A DNA stretch of 53,938 nt from positions 1 to 53,938 of the IMG/VR virus record IMGVR_UViG_3300048583_000290, one strand, 5' to 3'. Under the pieces are notes generated by a model that worked only from the letters and a program-made list of their open reading frames with translations, did no database searches and was not told the DNA's origin. Numbering within the stretch: position 1 is the first letter of the stretch; each line of letters begins with the position of its first letter. The position numbers were made by a program, and so were the translations under genes. Below, piece after piece: positions 27,706-36,100 of the stretch. This DNA comes from a virus (Duplodnaviria; Caudoviricetes).

Positions 27706-28512
27706 TTACTCCGCACGCAGAAGGTCGATGGCCTTGGCAATGTCCCAGCCATCGCCGCTGCCGGTGGTGATGCCGATGCGATTGGCGACCGCTTCCAGCA
27801 TCTTGATGGCCTTTTCATTCTTCGGTTCAAAGAAGATTTCGGCCCACGGCCAGACATCGATGACAGCCTGCCGCATTTGCGCGATGATGTCGGCATATTC
27901 GCCCTGCGTCCGCAATGACGACCGCGCAACGACGAGGTCAGCAAAGGCGCGCAGATTGTATTTGGCGACCAAATTGCAGTGGATGTTCATCGGCAGGATG
28001 CCGCGCGCATCTTCGCGGCTCGCCCCATCAGCGACCAATTCTGCATATTCGGCGATGGCGCCGGTGGCCTGGTCTGCAAACAGCTCGAAATGCGATTGCT
28101 CTTTCATCGGGTTATAGACGCTCGATGAAGAAACGTCAACGACGCGCTGCGACTGCATCGCATAGCTGCCGGTGCGTGTTCGCGTTATTTGCTGGGCGCA
28201 GGCGCGGCTCACCTTGCGGATGAGAAATGTCACGTCAACAAATTCCCAGCTGCTGCGGATGGTCGCAGCCATCAGCGCCAGTTCATCGAGCTTCTTCTGC
28301 TCCGGCCAGTGCGTGATTGAAAGCAAACCGCCCATATCCATTTCGAGCCGCGTCTGCTTGGTGAAGATGAGAAGGTCTGCGGCGTGCCATTTCTGGTCGA
28401 TGCGCCCGGCACCTGTGAAGTCCATCAGATAGACTTCAACATCGGTTTTGCGCTCAAGAGCCGCCAGCGCCGGGTCGTTGTTGCCGTCAATCAGGCTGAG
28501 TTGCGTATTCAC
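27706..28512 (-). CDS. thyX: Divergent flavin-dependent thymidylate synthase-like protein
   Basis: SWEF..TF.I..VSR..QQITRTR..SYAMQSQR, EDARGILP, NLRAF; canonical RHR and SxRY motifs are altered. Confidence 0.8.
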   Translation of the reverse strand: MNTQLSLIDGNNDPALAALERKTDVEVYLMDFTGAGRIDQKWHAADLLIFTKQTRLEMDMGGLLSITHWPEQKKLDELALMAATIRSSWEFVDVTFLIRKVSRACAQQITRTRTGSYAMQSQRVVDVSSSSVYNPMKEQSHFELFADQATGAIAEYAELVADGASREDARGILPMNIHCNLVAKYNLRAFADLVVARSSLRTQGEYADIIAQMRQAVIDVWPWAEIFFEPKNEKAIKMLEAVANRIGITTGSGDGWDIAKAIDLLRAE

Positions 28513-29429
28513 GATGACTTAATCCTTCCATCATAGCTGTCGGCGGCCATCAACCGTTTGATAACCGTTATGTCTTGGACAACGTCATCCAGCAGAAGAT
28601 TGCGCCAAGTCGCAAACCTGCCGAGGCTATAAATGCCACGCTCTTCTGACAGCCGCCGCACGACGCTGCGACGGACTTGTTCATCAATAGGCGATATTTT
28701 GCCATATCTCTGAGTTGTCGATTCAAGTTCGTGGATTTCACCGACCTCAAGCGCAAAGGCCATCAGCATTTCGGACAGCCAATGGCCGTTCTCATCCTTG
28801 GTCGGCGCATCACCGATGAACTCGGCAATCAGCAAGTTGCCGGTGATTGATGCCCGATACATGTTGTGCGTTGGCGTCGGAAAATAGACTGTCTGATAGA
28901 CATCAGCATCGCGCATTTCGATACGCCAACGCAGCACGCAAATTTTCGAGCGGCTGAATGTTTCGTTGATTGGCTCGCCCAAAGCCCGCGCGGCGACTGG
29001 CATCGGGGCAGTGCTGACATGCGGCACCGGATGATAGATGCCGATTTTCGCAAAGTCGAAATCTTCACCCCAGCAAATGCGTTGTCCGACCTGCTCCAGC
29101 AACCGCTCATAGAAGTTTTCTGGAGCGATAAAGCGGTGCGCCGTTTCGATGTTCCAGATGCTGCGGTCGAGCAGCGTGCCAGTCACCTTGCGGCTGTAAA
29201 GGTTGGCGAGCCGCACGCTTGGCTGCTCAAACTTGCCATTATGCAAAATCCCCTTCCGCACTGTTACGCGACGGAAAGGGATGGCGGTGGCGTGGCTGAC
29301 TGAATCACTTCTGAAGCGAAGCAGCGCCTTATGATTTTGGATTGGAGATTTGGAAGTCTCCGTGATTGTAGCTCGCGGCCAAGCGTGCGCCGCAATAAGG
29401 CCCGCAAGCCCTGCTCCGATGATAATCAT
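28509..29429 (-). CDS. FAD-dependent oxidoreductase, UDP-galactopyranose-mutase-like
   Basis: IIGAGLAGL Rossmann motif; C-terminal LGRFATWR.LLLDDVV resembling the UGM GRxxxYxY..D motif. Confidence 0.7.
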   Translation of the reverse strand: MIIIGAGLAGLIAAHAWPRATITETSKSPIQNHKALLRFRSDSVSHATAIPFRRVTVRKGILHNGKFEQPSVRLANLYSRKVTGTLLDRSIWNIETAHRFIAPENFYERLLEQVGQRICWGEDFDFAKIGIYHPVPHVSTAPMPVAARALGEPINETFSRSKICVLRWRIEMRDADVYQTVYFPTPTHNMYRASITGNLLIAEFIGDAPTKDENGHWLSEMLMAFALEVGEIHELESTTQRYGKISPIDEQVRRSVVRRLSEERGIYSLGRFATWRNLLLDDVVQDITVIKRLMAADSYDGRIKSS

Positions 29430-29477
29430 TCGTCCCCCTATGGAATGAGGGCGCGACCGGAGCCGCGCCCATTTGGC

Positions 29478-30239
29478 TCAAGCAAACTGCTCGGCCAATT
29501 CCCACAGGCCACGGTTGAAATCGACAGTGCGATTGATTTGCGTGATGGGCTTGCTGGTGATGGAACGCTGCGTCCCAGTCGTGCCGTTCAGCCCGCCGAC
29601 AAAGCAGTTTTCCTGGACGACGTTGAACGTCCGCCAAAGGTCGCTGCCTTCATCGGCCATTCGTCGCGGCTTGAGCAATTCTGCCGTGTCATAGGATGAA
29701 ATGTCGCCCCACCGCAGGATGCTGGCTGCGCGGGCAAATTCCGTCTGCTTGGCAGGCGACAATTCCTTGGCGCTCCAATCTTCGATGGTTTTCTGAACCT
29801 GCGGCATCCGCTCTGACAGAAGGCCGGCAAAGTTGAGGGCTTCATCGATGACGTTGCCGGAATGGCGACCGGCGTAGCGCATGATGTTGTCGCCGATGAA
29901 CAGGCCATTGGCGCACACAAAGCGATAGATGCCGCCCATCATCGTCAGCTTGCGCCGACCGTTGTGCGAGTTGATGATGATAATCTGCGGCACTTCGTTG
30001 CCGACCTTGGCGACCTGCTCGATGTGGTCTTGGTGCCGCAGCACGACCATGTGCGTCACAAAACGCGGGTCACGCCGGGTGGGGTTGTCCTGCTTGGCTT
30101 GGACGGGGTGATACCCGACATCAGCCATACGCCGAACGACATCGATGGTGCGAACCTGCTTGTAAAGCTCGCTCATCTTGTGCGTGTCGGAAAACATCGA
30201 CGGGGCGCAAAGCTCCATCGAACGCTCGGTCATCATCAT
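29478..30239 (-). CDS. DUF932/DUF945-family protein
   Basis: HMVVLR, IIINSHNG, RFVCANGL, LWRTFNVVQEN, NRGLW. Confidence 0.88.
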   Translation of the reverse strand: MMMTERSMELCAPSMFSDTHKMSELYKQVRTIDVVRRMADVGYHPVQAKQDNPTRRDPRFVTHMVVLRHQDHIEQVAKVGNEVPQIIIINSHNGRRKLTMMGGIYRFVCANGLFIGDNIMRYAGRHSGNVIDEALNFAGLLSERMPQVQKTIEDWSAKELSPAKQTEFARAASILRWGDISSYDTAELLKPRRMADEGSDLWRTFNVVQENCFVGGLNGTTGTQRSITSKPITQINRTVDFNRGLWELAEQFA

Positions 30240-30258
30240 TTGTTTAGCTCCCGAAATT

Positions 30259-30320
30259 GAGGGCGAAGCGCCGCGCTCCGCCCTCTATACCTGCCCGATT
30301 TAATCTGCGCTGGGAAGGGT
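30259..30320 (-). promoter_or_regulatory. Promoter plus GCGGC leader hairpin
   Basis: TATAGA -10, then GAGGGCGGAGC-GCGGC-GCTTCGCCCTC, then GGGAG RBS. Confidence 0.55.
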
Positions 30321-30360
30321 TTTTATTGACTGCGCAAAGAAAATCCTTCCCAGCAACAAA

Positions 30361-30933
30361 TTAGGCTTCGACCAAATCGGTCTGGTCGGCGCCAGCGTCA
30401 TCGCCGGTGCCGGTTTCATCGCCGGTGCCGGTGTCATCGGCGGGCGCGGCCGGTTCTGCCGGGGTTGCCGGCACGCCGAGCTTCGGTGCGGTCACGATGG
30501 CATCGCCGGGCAAAATCTTCCAGACATAGCCCCATTCTTCATCGGTGCCATTGGCCTTCAGTTCCTGGCGGAACTTGATGTGGTGCTTCATGTCGATGCC
30601 GAGGTGACGGAAGGCATCGGCGACCGACTTGTAAACAACGCCATTGACTTCAACGCGGCTGCGTTCCTTGCGCTTGGCGGCCACTTCCGGGTTCTTCCAG
30701 CTTTCGCTGACGCCAGCCGAACGCGGATTGGTGATGCCGGCCTCGATGCGCGCGGCGACAGCAACGGCTTCGGCAGCGAGCGTTTCGAGCAGTGTGGTGA
30801 CCTTGGCGACAGCAGTCGGCAGGTCGGCAAACTTCTTGAGCTTGCGCTTGGAATTGACGTTGTAGAACGCGAGCAGTTCCTCGATGGACTTTTCGCCGAT
30901 GTTCTCGGCAGTGACTGTGGCAACTTCCGACAT
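30361..30933 (-). CDS. Putative DNA-binding protein, paralog of 2836-3252
   Basis: GGAG RBS; shared central domain; acidic tail. Confidence 0.75.
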   Translation of the reverse strand: MSEVATVTAENIGEKSIEELLAFYNVNSKRKLKKFADLPTAVAKVTTLLETLAAEAVAVAARIEAGITNPRSAGVSESWKNPEVAAKRKERSRVEVNGVVYKSVADAFRHLGIDMKHHIKFRQELKANGTDEEWGYVWKILPGDAIVTAPKLGVPATPAEPAAPADDTGTGDETGTGDDAGADQTDLVEA

Positions 30934-31117
30934 TTTGTTCTCCGTGCTTGGGCCGCCCATCGGCCTCTTCAGCCCGGTTACTATCGCCTGTTTCGCTGCA
31001 GAAGAAAAGCCCTTTTTTTGGGGTAATCAAAAATAGTTTGTTCTGCCATGAGCCGCACCCTTATATAATGGTCAGCCTCGCGCGCCCGCGATAGCCTAGA
31101 GCGACGGCCCTAGCGCA

Positions 31118-31130
31118 TATCAAGCGTTTA
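31118..31130 (+). promoter_or_regulatory. IHF consensus between divergent units
   Basis: TATCAAGCGTTTA matches WATCAANNNNTTR. Confidence 0.45.
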
Positions 31131-31313
31131 GACAAGCGATACCCGGCGGCATGTAATAAACGGCTTATCGGATGAAATCGGGCGGCTTATCATTCGTTTT
31201 TAATGGTCTAAGCACTAAAACCGCTTCCCGTCGCATTCCTTTTCGGCTAGAGAGGGAAGGCGCTAGGGGAGCATGCAAATCCTTTACCGCGTTCACATGT
31301 GAAAGGAAACACA

Positions 31314-31940
31314 ATGATTCGTTCTCTGTTCAGTATCGGTGCGCTCGTCGCACTGGCGATGGCCGCGCCCGCGTCCGCCGGTGTCTTCACCGTCACCGCC
31401 GGCACCATTGCCCCCATCGCCGGTTCCGGCAATGACTTCACCAGCGACCTGGCCGGTCTGGGCCTCGGTGTGAAGGAACTCCAGAACTCGACCGTCAGCT
31501 ACACCGGCGGTGCCTACAAGGTCGAACTGCTCGGCTATGAAAACGGCTTCACCGACAGCTTCTCGGTCGATGGCGGCGTGACGCAGCTCGGCACTTCTTG
31601 GTCGGGCTTTGCCAATCTGTTCGCATCGCCGCTGCTGCTCGGTGTGTCGAACGCATCGCCGTCGAAGTGGCTGTTCAAGTCGGCACAGGCTGGTCTCGGT
31701 GTCGTCGGCACCAATGCCTTCTCGCTGTTCGGCCCTGCCGGCACGATGACCGGCGATGTCTTCCAGTCGCGCACGCTGTATGTCGGCTTCAATGACGGCG
31801 GCGGCGATGGCGACCACGACGATGGCATCCTGCGCATTTCGGCGGTGCCGGAACCGGCATCGTGGATGACGATGATTGCGGGCTTCGGTCTGGTCGGCTT
31901 CGGGATGCGCCGTCGCACCGCCAAGACCGTCGCAGCCTAA
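31314..31940 (+). CDS. PEP-CTERM (PEPxxW type) sorting-domain surface protein
   Basis: Signal peptide ending APASA; C-terminal VPEPASWMTMIAGFGLVGFGMRRR; AAGGA RBS. Confidence 0.92.
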   Translation: MIRSLFSIGALVALAMAAPASAGVFTVTAGTIAPIAGSGNDFTSDLAGLGLGVKELQNSTVSYTGGAYKVELLGYENGFTDSFSVDGGVTQLGTSWSGFANLFASPLLLGVSNASPSKWLFKSAQAGLGVVGTNAFSLFGPAGTMTGDVFQSRTLYVGFNDGGGDGDHDDGILRISAVPEPASWMTMIAGFGLVGFGMRRRTAKTVAA

Positions 31941-31960
31941 CCTACAACGTCGCCGGAATT

Positions 31961-31994
31961 GGGCCGCCAGAGCAATCTGGCGGCCCTTTTCTTT
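31961..31994 (+). terminator. Intrinsic terminator between convergent PEP-CTERM and holin genes
   Basis: GGGCCGCCAGA-GCAA-TCTGGCGGCCC followed by TTTTCTTT. Confidence 0.85.
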
Positions 31995-31996
31995 GC

Positions 31997-32206
31997 CTAT
32001 TCTGCATCGTCCCGCTTCAGGCCGCGCGTAAGCAGAGCAAACACAGTCCCAAGCCCTTCCCGCAACCACATACCGATGACGAGGCCCAGAGCTTCGCCGT
32101 CAATCTGCTTGTAGAAAACGAGCCATGATGTTAGCACAAAAGCCATCACCAGCACCGTGTAGGTGAGAATTGTGTTTGACCAGAAACGGTGCTTGGGCGT
32201 GCTCAT
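31997..32206 (-). CDS. Putative holin
   Basis: 69 aa, two hydrophobic segments, charged tail, coupled to the endolysin. Confidence 0.6.
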   Translation of the reverse strand: MSTPKHRFWSNTILTYTVLVMAFVLTSWLVFYKQIDGEALGLVIGMWLREGLGTVFALLTRGLKRDDAE

Positions 32207-32871
32207 AGCTGCAAAATGCCTCGCCTGTATCCGCTCACGCCGCTCTGGTGAGTCAGCAAGTCCCTGCGGAGCCTGTTGGTTCGATATGACACGTGAACAA
32301 ATCCCGCATTTCTGTTGCCGGGGACTTGGCCAGTCAGAATAAGCTGGTCAAACGGCAAGTGTAGCCGAATCAATTCAGCGACCGCGAACGGCGTCATCCC
32401 TGGAACTTGAATATCTGCCGCTTCGCCAATTCGATGCTGGCTGGACGCGGCGCCACCAACGGCCCGATTGACAGCATCGGAGCGATACCCAGAAGTGACG
32501 CGGACAGCAGAGCCGATACGATTGCGCAGCGGCTGGAGCACTTTGTCAACGAGCACCTGCAGATTTGCGATTGAAGTTGCCGAGGGTTTGTTTGGGATGC
32601 CGCGCGAAACAGCAGTGTTGCTATGCGTCATTTCCGCGAGAGTGAAATTGGCAGACATCTGCCCCGGTGAGCCTTGCGGCGGCAACGGAAATGAATCTGG
32701 CGGACTGCCAGGTTCTTCACCGCACTCTGTCGCGGCGGCAAGCTCGCAAAGAGCTGCATCGACGGCTTCCAGAGTAATGGGGCCAAAAACGCCTGTGGCA
32801 TTGGTTCCGAGCCGCATCTGCAAATCGCGCATTTGCTGGGCGGTCACTCCGATAATGGTTGCCTGGCTCAT
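32203..32871 (-). CDS. Endolysin, peptidase M15A family, N-terminal PG-binding-like segment
   Basis: NFTLAEM, TSGYRS..VN.AVGG...SQH..GEAAD, FVHVSY; LQ..LG...TGVFGP.T. Confidence 0.88.
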   Translation of the reverse strand: MSQATIIGVTAQQMRDLQMRLGTNATGVFGPITLEAVDAALCELAAATECGEEPGSPPDSFPLPPQGSPGQMSANFTLAEMTHSNTAVSRGIPNKPSATSIANLQVLVDKVLQPLRNRIGSAVRVTSGYRSDAVNRAVGGAASSQHRIGEAADIQVPGMTPFAVAELIRLHLPFDQLILTGQVPGNRNAGFVHVSYRTNRLRRDLLTHQSGVSGYRRGILQL

Positions 32872-32872
32872 A

Positions 32873-33187
32873 TTAATTGCTTTCTTCTGGAGTTGGAGTC
32901 GGCGTCGGGAAAGGGAATGGAAATTCAGGCATCGGCTGCGGGTCGGGGTTTTCGACAACGACTGCTCCAAGCCACGCTTTCTTGGTGTGCGGCATCGTTT
33001 CAAAAAGCTCATCAACGCTGGCGGTGACGGAAGCCTGGTCGGAAATGTTGAAATTCCACGACCCAAAAGTGCCATTTGTGAACAGCACGGCACCGAACAC
33101 ATAGTCGGGCCGGTTCACTTCCGGCGTTTCAGGGAACAAATCTCCTTTGGTAGGGTATGGCTTGGCCACGCTTGCTTCATCGTCCAT
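32873..33187 (-). CDS. Hypothetical protein (possible fibre-associated), Pro-rich tail
   Basis: TGATG coupling to the fibre gene. Confidence 0.6.
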   Translation of the reverse strand: MDDEASVAKPYPTKGDLFPETPEVNRPDYVFGAVLFTNGTFGSWNFNISDQASVTASVDELFETMPHTKKAWLGAVVVENPDPQPMPEFPFPFPTPTPTPEESN

Positions 33188-36100
33188 CAGAAGTCCTCCA
33201 GTAGTGGCGCAACAAAAGGCGCGGTTTGTGAATTTTTGGTGAGCGTCGCAAGGATGTTTACCGTCCTCACGATGGACTCTTCATTCGAGTTCATCTGGAA
33301 ATAATAAGAGTGCTGCGCCCCCGCAGAAACCCCGATGTCAAAGAAAACCATCGACTTGACACCGTATGCGTTGTTCGGGGTGTCGTCAATATAGACGCCG
33401 GTGTATTGAGTCGTTAGGATGAAACCGTCGCTCCGATAGATGCGGAAGCTGGCAAGGTCGCTGTTTGAGCCGAAGTTGCGGATGAGCACGCTCACGTCAA
33501 ATCGAATGAGAGCCGCGCCAGTCGGGTCATTTACAATGGTGACGCCCGCTTGCGCGCCGTTGAGGACAATTGTGCTCCAGACATTGCGAGTGAACTGCGT
33601 TCCAGCCGTCGTTTGGCTGTATGAGTAAATCGTCTGAATTGCATTTTGAGCGATGAGAGGCGTTGTGATGCCGTTGCGGCGAATTGTTAGTGCGCCGGTC
33701 GCATCGCTGTCAAGAACATTTCCGTCAATCCTCAGTTGGTCAACGGTCAAATCATCGATGACGGCTTGGCGAATCAAAACACGCCCGCCGCGAACTTCAA
33801 ACACAGGTTCGTCGATGCCAGTCGCGGCATTGAACACCCGAAAAACGTCAATCAAGAATGACAGCAGCGACGGCCCGGTGGTGCCGTTGATGAGGTCGAT
33901 GCCAGCGATGCGGCCATTGGCGTCGGCGCGCACAGACCATTTCAGCCCCTGCGCGGACGTTGCCTGTTCGGTCACGGTCAGGCGGTTGGTGTTGCTTTGG
34001 GATGTGGTTTCTGTGACCGTGACGCGCTGCGCCAGAGCATTGTCAGCGTTGACGCGGGCTGTTGTTTCGTCGGTGACGCGGGCATTGGTCGCCGTGATGG
34101 CAGCTCCCTGCGAGACGACAGTTGATTCGGTGATGGCGATGCGCTGCGACAGGGCATTGTCGCCGTTTACGCGTGCAGTGCTCTCTGTGATGATTTTGGC
34201 TTCAAGCGCCGCGAGGTCAGCGGAGTCAGCGGTGTTAATCTGGTCCCAAGCGATGCCACTCCACCTGAAGATATTGTCTGGCATACCGGGGCCAGTATCT
34301 TGGAACCATACCCATCCCGGCTCCGGGTTTGGCGGGGCAGCAGCTTGGAAGAATGTTTTAGTGCCCTGCGCGCCTTCGGCAATGATGGTTTGGATTTGCT
34401 GCGCCAAGGCTTCATCAGCGCTGGCGCGTGTGGTGCTCTCGGTCTTTATGAGTGCGCGCGTGTCTGCGGTTCGTGAAACAGCACCGTAGCGCCCATTCAA
34501 GACGGCGATGAGTGTGTTAGCCGGGACGCCGATAAGTTGAAGTGTCGGTCGCAGCGACGTGGTGCCGTTGGCGAAGGGTGCGGCGTCGAGAATGTCAGGT
34601 GACGGACGCCCGACATTGTTTCCAGCGCCAGCCGCCGCGCGACCGCTGCCGTATCCTTGAACGACAACACCTCCCGGCAGAAGAGGCGCAGCCGCTGCTA
34701 CTTGGTTGTGGAATGAGCCAAAGTCTGAAGGAATCAAAGCGACGTTGGCAGCGTCATAAGGCAGCCAGCCGGCATACACTTGAATTGCGGCGGCAGGGTC
34801 TGCGCCGCCTGCATTACGGAAAAGCTGCCAGCGCCCGCCATAGGTTTCTGAAAGTGTAGGGTTGAAGCTGGTGCGTGGCCCATACAAAATCATGTTTGTG
34901 AAGTCAGTTGAGTAATAGCCCAGCCCTCGCCCGCCTTCGGCATTGCCATCAACCGTCAGGAACCACGCACCACTATCGAGTGCCGGGCTGGCTTCAAAAC
35001 CCGCAGCAATCAGAGCAGCAATGCTTTCATAGGCCCCGAAGTCAAATGCAGCCTCTGCTGTGCTGGAAGCGCGAGCGCGCGCTTCAAGTGCAGTTGAGCG
35101 GCTCGCCAATGCTGTATCGCCAGCAACGCGGGCTTGGCTTTCATCCGTGATTGCCGCGTTGCTGGCGGCGGCGCGCGTCACGATGCCGTATCTGCCGCCC
35201 GTAATAGTAATTGGAAGTCCTACAGGGGTTCCGATAATTTGAATGGCTGGCATCAGCCGTGAAGTTCCATTAGGGAAGGGGCGCGGCGCAGATAAGTTGG
35301 GTGCGGCTAACCCGACGCCATTCCCCGCGCCGACGGCAGCTCTGCCTCTACCATATCCCTGAAGTGTTGGTGCAGAAAGCGGCTGGAGCGGGAACGCCAA
35401 TGCAACTTGGCTTGCTTGCGATGACCCGTCGCTAACAAGAAAAGTCCCATCGGCGTCAAAGCAGGCCCAGCCCGCAAACACGCTTATTGCAGCAGCATTG
35501 TTTGTTGCCCCACCATCCGGGCGAAACAGCCGCCACATGCCAGAATAAGTTTCATCAAAGGGGTTGAGCCCAAAAGCCGGGGCGCGCAGCAAAATCTGGT
35601 CTGCGGCACTTAGCGTGCAGGTCAAACTCCGCCCGCCAATCCCGGAGCCGTTCGGCTCCATCTTCCAAGCCCCTGTCGACACCGGAGGATTAAAAAACCA
35701 GCCTGCACGCTCCATCATTTCAGGACTACCGAAAGCAGCAAAGTCAAAAGTTGTCTCGGCAGTCTCGGTTGACAAACTGCGGGCCTCAAGCGTCGATGCG
35801 CGTGTCGCCAGCGCGGTGTCGCCAGCAACGCGGGCTTGGCTCTCGTCAGCAACGCTGGCGCGCAGGTCAACTGTGGTGCGCGACAACCCAACGACCGTCG
35901 AAGTGACCGGGCCGTATGTCCACTCATAGATGTCGAGAATATGCCCCGGCTGCGTTCCGCGAAAAGTAACCATCGGCAAAAGGCTGCGCGTTCCGGTGGG
36001 GAACGGCGTTGGTTCGGAAATATCAGGTGCGGCAAAACCGACTCTGTTTCCCTCTCCTACATTTGCCGTTCCGCGAGCATACCCTGCTGCGCTCCAAGAC

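Noticed and set aside
31293-32069. 258-aa - strand ORF overlapping the PEP-CTERM gene
   Set aside because: Antisense shadow; the + strand ORF has the signal peptide, sorting motif, RBS and terminator
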